Positions 5,803-12,442 of a DNA stretch of 12,442 bases are shown here, one piece after another. The DNA is taken from NCBI GenBank assembly GCA_043810925.1, contig JBDRNT010000145.1, positions 1-12,442 of the forward strand. The letters run 5' to 3'. The first letter of the stretch is position 1. Each line of letters starts with the position of its first letter. Made by a program: the position numbers and the translations under genes. This DNA comes from Candidatus Eiseniibacteriota bacterium (GTDB lineage Bacteria > Arandabacterota > Arandabacteria > Arandabacterales > Arandabacteraceae). The notes beneath the pieces are model-generated. The model searched no databases. It had not been told where the DNA came from and saw nothing but the letters and a program-made list of their open reading frames with translations.

Positions 5803-7810
5803 ACTGGAACTTTTCGAGCTCCTCAAGCAGGCGTTCGAGCTTCCGCTCGGCATCCATGTAGTCATCGGCCAAACGATGGATCTCACCACGATCCGGTGGG
5901 GGATTGCGGAGAGTGCGATCGAGGTCGGTGAGCTTCTCCTCAAGCTCGGAAATATCTTTGTTCAACTCGGCCAGGCGGGCCTTGCGGCGACGCTCCTCGG
6001 CGATCTCGCGGTTTTTTGCGGCACGGGCCTTCTTGAAAGCCTCACGCTTGCTCACGCGGGCCTCCTCGGCACCCGGATCGGCAGGCACGACGGGCTCCTG
6101 ACGCGAGTGATATTCGCTATACGTGCCGTCGAAGATCTTAAGATCTGCTTCGTTCCTGTCAATCTCCCAGACCTGTGTCGCGAGGGCGTCAATCAGGTAG
6201 CGGTCGTGAGAAACCAGGATGATGGTCCCATCAAATTCGGCCAGTACGTTCTGCAGAACCTCCTGAGACGGGATATCGAGATGGTTGGTCGGCTCATCCA
6301 GGAGCAGGAAGTTGCAGTCGCCGAGCGCGAGCTTTGCAAGTGCCAGTCGTCCACGCTCACCACCCGAGAGGACGCTGACTTTCTTAAAGACGTCGTCACC
6401 AGTGAAGAGATAGCGGGCGAGATGGCTTCGGATCTCACCGGGCAGCAAGTGGCCGGCGACTGATTCGATTTCCTTGATCAGGGTGTTCTCCGGATTGAGC
6501 CCCTCGTGAGCCTGAGCGAAGTAGCCTACATCGAGTTTGACACCGAGCTCGACCTTGCCTCCCACCGGCGGAATTATGCCGAGGATGGTTTTGAGAAGCG
6601 ATGTCTTGCCGGAACCGTTGGGACCGATCAAGGCCGCACATCCCTGGCGCGTGAGTTCCATGTCGGGAACAGCGAAGAGACGTTTGCCCGGATAGCCTAC
6701 CACAAGATCGTTTGTGCGAAGGACGATGTTACCACCGCGTTTTGCGGCACGCAGTTTGAACTTGAGTTGCTGTGGGCGGCGAACCGGGTTCTGCAGGGAG
6801 CGGACACGCCGCTCGGCCTCTTCAACACCCATCACACTTGTAGTTATCTGCACCTCCCCACTTATCCGAAGCCATGACTTGCCCCGCATGGCCTCAAGCC
6901 CGATCTGCTCGATCGCCTGCACCTGGCGGCTAAGACGCTTAAGCCGGCCCCGGGCCTGGGGGACGTTCTGTGCGGAGATATTGCGTTTGATGTAATCCAC
7001 GTCCTTGAGAAGACGGGCTTTCTCTGCTTCAAATTCCTTTGATCGAAGTTCCCACCGTTCCTGGCGTTGCCTGAGGTAATGGCTGTAGTTGCCACGATAG
7101 GGTTCGATTCCGCCCGTGTTCATCTCCCAGATGTTGTTGCACACCTTGTCGAGGAGATAGCGGTCGTGCGAGACAACAAGAATAGCACCGTCCCAGTCCT
7201 TTATGTAGTTCTCCAGCCATTCGACCGACACGGTATCGAGATGGTTGGTCGGCTCGTCCAGTATCAGAAGATTCGGGCCGTCGAGTAAGAGCCGTGCAAG
7301 CAAAGCACGGGTTCGCTGGCCGCCGGAAAGATGACTGACCGGCTGGTGGTGTTCCTCGGAGGAGAACCGCAGACCGGTCAAGACCTGGCGGATGCGTGCT
7401 TCGTAAGTGTATCCGCCCAACTCTTCGAAGCGGGTCTGGAGCGTACCGTAGCGTTCCATAACCCCGTCGGCCTTCTCAGGCGCGGCCATCTCACCCTCAA
7501 GATGGGCCAGCTCTTCCTGAATGGTGAGGACGTCCGCAAATGGCAACAGACACTCCTCCCAGAGGGTCTTGCTGGACTCCACCACGGACTCCTGAGGCAG
7601 GTAGCCTATGGTCAGTCCCCTGGCGCGCTGGACCGAACCTATCGACGGAGCGTCCTCTCCCGCAACGATACGAAGCAGGGTCGTCTTCCCGATGCCGTTC
7701 GGACCGACGATCGCGATGCGCGCACCGTGAGGAATGCTAAGGGACAGCCCGGCGAAAACGCTCACGTCGCCGAAGCTCTTACCTATGTTCTGTGTAGTTA
7801 CTAAAGACAT
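5801..7810 (-). CDS. ABC-F family ATP-binding protein (ribosome-associated, Uup/YdiF-like)
   Basis: Two ABC domains (GPNGIGKTT/LSGGQ/LDEPTNHLD and GPNGSGKTS/LSGGE/LDEPTNHLD), no TM segments, an inter-domain helical linker and a C-terminal coiled coil. Confidence 0.95.
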   Translation of the reverse strand: MSLVTTQNIGKSFGDVSVFAGLSLSIPHGARIAIVGPNGIGKTTLLRIVAGEDAPSIGSVQRARGLTIGYLPQESVVESSKTLWEECLLPFADVLTIQEELAHLEGEMAAPEKADGVMERYGTLQTRFEELGGYTYEARIRQVLTGLRFSSEEHHQPVSHLSGGQRTRALLARLLLDGPNLLILDEPTNHLDTVSVEWLENYIKDWDGAILVVSHDRYLLDKVCNNIWEMNTGGIEPYRGNYSHYLRQRQERWELRSKEFEAEKARLLKDVDYIKRNISAQNVPQARGRLKRLSRQVQAIEQIGLEAMRGKSWLRISGEVQITTSVMGVEEAERRVRSLQNPVRRPQQLKFKLRAAKRGGNIVLRTNDLVVGYPGKRLFAVPDMELTRQGCAALIGPNGSGKTSLLKTILGIIPPVGGKVELGVKLDVGYFAQAHEGLNPENTLIKEIESVAGHLLPGEIRSHLARYLFTGDDVFKKVSVLSGGERGRLALAKLALGDCNFLLLDEPTNHLDIPSQEVLQNVLAEFDGTIILVSHDRYLIDALATQVWEIDRNEADLKIFDGTYSEYHSRQEPVVPADPGAEEARVSKREAFKKARAAKNREIAEERRRKARLAELNKDISELEEKLTDLDRTLRNPPPDRGEIHRLADDYMDAERKLERLLEELEKFQ

Positions 7811-7819
7811 AGCTATTGA

Positions 7820-7848
7820 AATCTACATGGATAGCGCGAGGCACACAA
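7820..7848 (-). promoter_or_regulatory. Possible sigma70 promoter immediately upstream of the ABC-F ATG
   Basis: Minus strand TTGTGT, 17 bp, TAGATT, ending 9 nt before ATG 7810. No SD sequence is visible. Confidence 0.4.
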
Positions 7849-7882
7849 AGGATTTTCCGGGCCGGCCAGGCTTTACCGAATA

Positions 7883-8593
7883 TCAGTCGAGCTTCATCGC
7901 CTGCTTGCGCTTGGCAGCCGGCCACTTCTCAATTGCATAACGAAGAGCTGTCCGGGACATCCTTTTCTTATGTTTCATCACGAACTTGTGCACATCGTCG
8001 AAGAAGTAATCCCCGGCCACCTTCAGCATCCAGCCATAGCCCTTCTGCACCAGGTCTTCGTCATCTCTCATCAGGAGTTCTGCCGTCTTGAACACATCCT
8101 TAAGCAGTAACCCGCGCGTGACGGGCACGATCAGGGCAACCGCAGATGCGCGTCTGAGCCACATGTTTCTGGATGCCACCCACTTCTCCCGCTTCGGGGA
8201 GAGATCGGGAAACGTGGCAATCAGACTGCCGAGTATCCCGCAGAATTGATCGCATGAGGCCCAGTCACTTACGTACTTCTTGAGCCACCGTTCGAATCGT
8301 ACAATGTCCTTCCGTGCGTACTGCTCTTCGAGTTTCTGGGCCCACTCAAATGCCACGAAGCGGGTGTAACGCCTGCCGCTTGCGAGCATCTCATCACAGA
8401 TATCCAGTATCTCGTCCCTGTCACACGACCTGACTGTCTTGAAGACCTTGTTTGACACCCCACGCACGATGGGAGTCCTTAAGCCGACAGGGTGCTCGAG
8501 TTTCTCCTTGAAGAACCGTTGATAGTCGGTCCTGTTCGCCGGCTTGTCCACCGCTTTGATCTCCTTGAGCAAGGTCTTGACTACGGCATGCAT
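7883..8593 (-). CDS. DNA alkylation repair protein (AlkD-like HEAT-repeat family)
   Basis: Strong AGGAGGT RBS. Motifs include GLRTP, WASCD, S.NMWLRRA, D.EDLVQKGYGWMLK and MSRTALRYAIEK. Confidence 0.92.
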   Translation of the reverse strand: MHAVVKTLLKEIKAVDKPANRTDYQRFFKEKLEHPVGLRTPIVRGVSNKVFKTVRSCDRDEILDICDEMLASGRRYTRFVAFEWAQKLEEQYARKDIVRFERWLKKYVSDWASCDQFCGILGSLIATFPDLSPKREKWVASRNMWLRRASAVALIVPVTRGLLLKDVFKTAELLMRDDEDLVQKGYGWMLKVAGDYFFDDVHKFVMKHKKRMSRTALRYAIEKWPAAKRKQAMKLD

Positions 8594-8608
8594 CCGGCCA
8601 CCTCCTCT

Positions 8609-9130
8609 TCAGCTGGTCCGGCCCAGCTGATCTTCAGCCACTTCAATGGACCTCAGCCGTACTGATATGACGGTAATGCCATACCCGGCAAGGGTCAGGT
8701 TGATGCGCCTGGCAATCGCCTCGCCCACCTCATGTTGACTGTACCGGCCCTGGCGCAACCCGTAAGCATCGGCATAGTCACTGAGGAACTCCGTTACGAC
8801 CGGGGATATGAGTCTTTCAACGAACGCGCCCTCATAGGATCTGTGTAGCTTCAAGATACTGTCGGCGCAGACGGACATCAGCAGAACTCCGTCGAAATGC
8901 ATCTTCCCGATCGGCCCGTCATAGGTTATTTCCAGTCGCGTCTCACGACTCTCGACCGGATAGATCGTAGCGCGCCGCCACGGGGCTTTCATGTGGAGAC
9001 CGTGATCGAGCAACCGCAGGTCATCACCTGATTCGATCACACCCATGTAGCCGCGGTGGATATACTGGCTCGATGCCACAACACCGGCGATCGCCGCACA
9101 GACTGCTATGATCACTATCTTCTTCGTCAT
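8609..9130 (-). CDS. SPFH/Band-7-like domain protein with N-terminal membrane anchor
   Basis: The likely start is ATG 9130 (MTKKIVIIAVCAAIAGVVA). HRGYMGV, GLHMKAPW and L.GYGITVISVRLRSI match SPFH patterns. The protein is 173 aa with no coiled-coil tail. Confidence 0.65.
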   Translation of the reverse strand: MTKKIVIIAVCAAIAGVVASSQYIHRGYMGVIESGDDLRLLDHGLHMKAPWRRATIYPVESRETRLEITYDGPIGKMHFDGVLLMSVCADSILKLHRSYEGAFVERLISPVVTEFLSDYADAYGLRQGRYSQHEVGEAIARRINLTLAGYGITVISVRLRSIEVAEDQLGRTS

Positions 9131-9209
9131 GGTTGAAGGCACGCTCTCTTTGCCAGGAGTATACCGGATTCTCCCGATTGCCAGAAGGGATTTGCATTCG
9201 GATATCCGG

Positions 9210-9238
9210 TTGATCGGCCGGATTGTACCTGTTAGTGT
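9210..9238 (+). promoter_or_regulatory. Possible sigma70 promoter of the YdeI-like gene
   Basis: TTGATC (9210-9215), 17 bp, TAGTGT (9233-9238), with an extended TG at 9230-9231. It ends 7 nt before ATG 9246. Confidence 0.45.
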
Positions 9239-9245
9239 CATCCGC

Positions 9246-9827
9246 ATGGTACGACAAGAAGTGAAGCAACTCTATGTGACCGGCAGGGAAGAATGGCGAG
9301 CCTGGCTTAAGAAGAACCATGACACAGTGAAAAAGATCTGGTTGATCTACTACAAGAAGCACACAGGCAAACCACGAATTCCTTACGATGATGCGGTTGA
9401 AGAGGCTCTTTGCTTCGGCTGGATAGACTCCACCGTGAAACGCCTCGATGATGAGAGATACATGCAAAAATACACTCCCCGTAAGGCCAAGAGTGTCTGG
9501 TCGGAGACAAACAAAGCTCGGGCAAAGAAGATGATCCAACAGGGACGGATGACTGAAACCGGTCTCTCCAGGATCAGGGATGCAAAGCGTAGCGGGGAAT
9601 GGAAGAAAGCCGGATCGCGAGACCTACCGGACGAGATCCCGCACGATCTCAAGCGGGCTCTCGCAGCCAACAAGAGTGCCAAGCGCAACTTCGAGAACCT
9701 TGCTCCTTCCTACAAGAAGCAGTTCATCTGGTGGATCTCTAGTGCCAAGCGGGATGAAACCCGGCAGAAGAGGATCGAGAAGACCGTCAGCATGGCGGAG
9801 GAGAACAAGAAACCGGGTATGCTGTAG
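9246..9827 (+). CDS. YdeI/OmpD-associated family protein (bacteriocin-protection-like)
   Basis: Hallmark motifs are WRAWL..NH, YDDAVEEALCFGWIDS, YTPRK.KS.WS..NK, P.DL..AL.AN..A...F and SAKRDETR..RI. The start is ATG 9246 or GTG 9261. Confidence 0.92.
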   Translation: MVRQEVKQLYVTGREEWRAWLKKNHDTVKKIWLIYYKKHTGKPRIPYDDAVEEALCFGWIDSTVKRLDDERYMQKYTPRKAKSVWSETNKARAKKMIQQGRMTETGLSRIRDAKRSGEWKKAGSRDLPDEIPHDLKRALAANKSAKRNFENLAPSYKKQFIWWISSAKRDETRQKRIEKTVSMAEENKKPGML

Positions 9828-9944
9828 CGCAGGGTCTCCGTGTCCGACGAGTATCAGTCCGCCGGGGCTGAAGGACTCCCTGGCGCTCCCCGACGCAGTC
9901 CCCGTCGAATGCTCGTAGAGCAGTCTGCAGGCGCGTGAGGCGGG

Positions 9945-9973
9945 TTGACAGGTGGTTCCGGGTCTTGTATGGT
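9945..9973 (+). promoter_or_regulatory. Sigma70-type promoter of the wHTH-propeller gene
   Basis: Perfect TTGACA (9945-9950), 17 bp, TATGGT (9968-9973). Confidence 0.6.
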
Positions 9974-10067
9974 GCGGTTGCGGGCGTCTGTCCGAGACGC
10001 GGGGCTTCCGGAGTTGAGATCGGGCCACGGCGTACGGAGAAACACCGGTTGAGAAAGCTTGCATACC

Positions 10068-12236
10068 ATGAATGACGCGAACCAGCTGCCGGGAAGCACA
10101 TGCGATGTCCATCCGTTCCGTATCGGTACCTGGCTGGTTCAGCCGGGACTCAACAGGCTGACTCGTGGACAGGAATCTATCGCGATCGAACCCCGAATCA
10201 TGCATGTCCTGACGTGTCTTGCGAGCCGTCCCGGTCAGGTCGTCGCAAGGTCGGCGCTTCTCGACACCGTCTGGGGCGAGGTCGTAGTCAATGAGGAGGC
10301 GCTGACTCATGCCGTATCCCAGCTTCGACGTGTCCTGGGTGATGACCCTAAGAATCCCGGCTTCATCGAGACTATCCACAAGAGCGGTTATCGTCTGATT
10401 GCACCGGTCTCACCGGACCGCGGGGACCAGACACCCGGCGCCGAGGCTGAGGACACACCGGGTACGTTGGATGCATCATCAGACCGCGTGGTCCGTCCGC
10501 AGCGGGGTCTATTCAGAAAGAGGCTCGTCGCAGCGCTCGGCACGCTCATCGTCGTCATTGCCGTCATCTCTGTCTTCGTAATCATCCCTCGGTCCCGGTC
10601 GAAGATCAACCCGCTCCCGGTCGCACTGGAGGAGATTCCGCTTACCAGCTACACTGGAAGCGAGATCTGTCCTGCCATCTCACCCGATGGAACCCGCATC
10701 GCCTTTTCCTGGAAGCAGGAAGATGAGAGCAACTACGATCTCTACATCACTCAGAAGAACGCAGAGACACCACTGCGCCTGACCGACACGGATGGTGATG
10801 AATACTATGCAGTCTGGTCACCGGATGGTGCTGAACTGGCGTACGCCTACCAGGGCGGGGACGGGATCACGATCTACATCATCCCCGCCATCGGGGGTTC
10901 GCCGCGGAAAGTCGTTGATCCTCCCCACGGTATCGCCGCCATGGACTGGTCACCGGACGGGCGGTCGCTTGCCTACTCGTCGCGGAAGGCGATGTATGAG
11001 CCCCACAGGATCTTCCTGTTTTCATTTGAGACCGGACAGAACCGTGAGCTCACTTCACCCGTACCATTCTCACAGGGAGACTACCGTCCCGTGTTTTCTC
11101 CCGACGGCGCCAGCGTTGCCTTTACCCGGGGGGACAGGACGTACCTGCAGGATATCTTCATCGTTCCCACACGAGGAGGTGATCCCGAACGAATCACCCA
11201 TTCCCAGCACTACATTGCCGGTCTGGATTGGACGCCGGATGGAGAAGCCCTGATCTTTTCGTCGGGCCCGACGCGGATTGCCGATCTGCGGCTTTGGAGA
11301 CTCTCGCTTAAGGATAGATCGCTCACCTGGCTGCCTACTGTGGGCCACCGGCCCTTACGGCCCTCAGTTGCTCTTAAGGCTGCGGGACTCGTGTATGAGC
11401 AGCAATCGATGGGGTCCGATATCCTCAAGATCGAGGTCCCCGGAGACGGCAAGGAGGCAGTCCCCGTCATAGCATCCACCCGTCATGACTACGGCCCGCA
11501 ATATTCACCCGGAGGCAATCTGATCTCTTTCATATCTACCCGCTCGGGGAGTCCGCAGATCTGGGTGTGCAGAGCGGATGGATCGAATCCGCGGGAGTTG
11601 ACTCGCTTCGAACGAGCATACATTGAGAACCCCTGCTGGTCTTATGATGAACGCCGTATAGCCTTCAGTGCAGCCCCGGGGAACCAGACAGCCATCTATG
11701 TCGCGGACATCGAAACCGGAGAGGTCACCCGTCTCTCGGCCTCAGACAAGCATGAGAAGTGTCTTGGCTGGTCAAGGGACGGCGAGTGGCTCTACTGCAA
11801 GTCGGAGCGAAGTGAGGCCTGGTGGGTCTGGAAGATCCGATCGGATGGAAGCGACGCTGTCGATCTCATGGAAGAAGACGTATTCCGGCTTGCCGAGTCG
11901 AGTGACGGAAGACGCCTTGTATACTCAAGAGCCGACACATCCGGCGTCTGGTCGACAACGCTTGCCGGAACGGAGAAAGCGTGTCTCATCAACGAGCCCG
12001 GTACCGTTGTTCCCTGCGGGTGGCGGGAGACCGAAAAGGGCATTTACTTCTTCAATGTGGATGAGGGTGCAGTCAGCCTGTGGCTCAAGGATGCCGCCAC
12101 CGGCGAGGTGGAGAGACTGGCCACGGGAGCCGAGTTTTTTGCGATCAACCTCGATGTCTCACCCGCCGGTGACGCTGTTGTTTTCGACCGCATGGGACCT
12201 ATCGAATCCGACATAGCCCTTGTCGAGGCTTTCTGA
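10068..12236 (+). CDS. Membrane-anchored transcriptional regulator: OmpR/CadC-type winged helix, TM helix and TolB/PD40-like beta-propeller repeats
   Basis: The wHTH region has EPRIM.VL..LA.RPGQVV.R..LL..VW...L..AVSQLRR.LGDD...P.FIETI.K.GYRL. The TM segment is LVAALGTLIVVIAVISVFVII. There are repeated (W/F)SPDG..(I/L)A(F/Y) motifs. ATG 10068 is preferred over TTG 10059. Confidence 0.92.
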   Translation: MNDANQLPGSTCDVHPFRIGTWLVQPGLNRLTRGQESIAIEPRIMHVLTCLASRPGQVVARSALLDTVWGEVVVNEEALTHAVSQLRRVLGDDPKNPGFIETIHKSGYRLIAPVSPDRGDQTPGAEAEDTPGTLDASSDRVVRPQRGLFRKRLVAALGTLIVVIAVISVFVIIPRSRSKINPLPVALEEIPLTSYTGSEICPAISPDGTRIAFSWKQEDESNYDLYITQKNAETPLRLTDTDGDEYYAVWSPDGAELAYAYQGGDGITIYIIPAIGGSPRKVVDPPHGIAAMDWSPDGRSLAYSSRKAMYEPHRIFLFSFETGQNRELTSPVPFSQGDYRPVFSPDGASVAFTRGDRTYLQDIFIVPTRGGDPERITHSQHYIAGLDWTPDGEALIFSSGPTRIADLRLWRLSLKDRSLTWLPTVGHRPLRPSVALKAAGLVYEQQSMGSDILKIEVPGDGKEAVPVIASTRHDYGPQYSPGGNLISFISTRSGSPQIWVCRADGSNPRELTRFERAYIENPCWSYDERRIAFSAAPGNQTAIYVADIETGEVTRLSASDKHEKCLGWSRDGEWLYCKSERSEAWWVWKIRSDGSDAVDLMEEDVFRLAESSDGRRLVYSRADTSGVWSTTLAGTEKACLINEPGTVVPCGWRETEKGIYFFNVDEGAVSLWLKDAATGEVERLATGAEFFAINLDVSPAGDAVVFDRMGPIESDIALVEAF

Positions 12237-12296
12237 CCGGATCCCGGTGGAACCGCCGGTCGAACTCCTGTGATACACTCCGCGAATTGGTGGACT

Positions 12297-12320
12297 GTCA
12301 CGAATGGCACTAACTTAATC
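12297..12320 (-). repeat. Degenerate (half) boundary repeat, copy G (minus strand GATTAAGT-TAGTGCCATT...)
   Basis: The head half matches copies A and B with the same 1-bp gap position as copy F. The tail half has diverged. It lies 60 bp past the regulator stop codon. Confidence 0.45.
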
Positions 12321-12442
12321 TCCTTCTATAGTAATTTCTGTGTGGGCATTCCTTGAAGACGCTGCGCGGTTTAGTAAGGAGTTGGTAGTTCTTGGGTCGC
12401 CGTTTTCTTGCCCTGGGTTCTGATCTGTTTGGTCTATGTGGC

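Noticed and set aside
5786-6463. 225-aa plus-strand ORF and the other long overlapping ORFs (e.g. 9624-10379, 3433-3951, 11668-12216, 9024-9539)
   Set aside because: They are antisense or alternate-frame shadows of well-supported genes in GC-rich DNA and show no recognisable motifs.
9108-9247. Overlapping N-terminal extensions of the SPFH-like and YdeI-like ORFs
   Set aside because: Family similarity starts at 9130 and 9246 respectively. The interval is better read as a divergent promoter region.
12235-12261. Intrinsic terminator after the regulator gene
   Set aside because: A GC-rich hairpin is possible but there is no U-tract, so a terminator is not supportable.
12333-12390. Further repeat copies or a 37-bp partner for copy G
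   Set aside because: The best alignments reach only about 14/25 and are not at the expected spacing. Copies A and C also lack a partner at 37 bp.

Overview
This is a GC-rich bacterial window. The FlgD/Ig-type C-terminal domain of its large secreted protein suggests an FCB-group-like host (inference). The left ~2.6 kb is accessory and decayed: a DUF4136-type lipoprotein gene, a complete-ended but inactivated IS630-family element (TA duplication, imperfect terminal IRs, three coding lesions), an orphan signal-peptide ORF and a transposase C-terminal remnant. These are followed by genes for a 987-aa secreted C39-like cysteine peptidase/beta-propeller protein, an ABC-F ATPase, an AlkD-like repair protein, an SPFH-like protein, a YdeI/OmpD-associated protein and a winged-helix/TM/TolB-propeller regulator. 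The main unexplained signal is a dispersed ~25-bp repeat (consensus AATTAAGTATGGTGTCACCGAAATT) with five clear and two degenerate copies, all at gene boundaries. Two inverted doublets of this repeat have the same 37-bp spacer once the IS630, inserted at the centre of one spacer, is removed. The copies divide the window into gene blocks bounded by inverted repeats, resembling REPINs or a cassette-recombination system.
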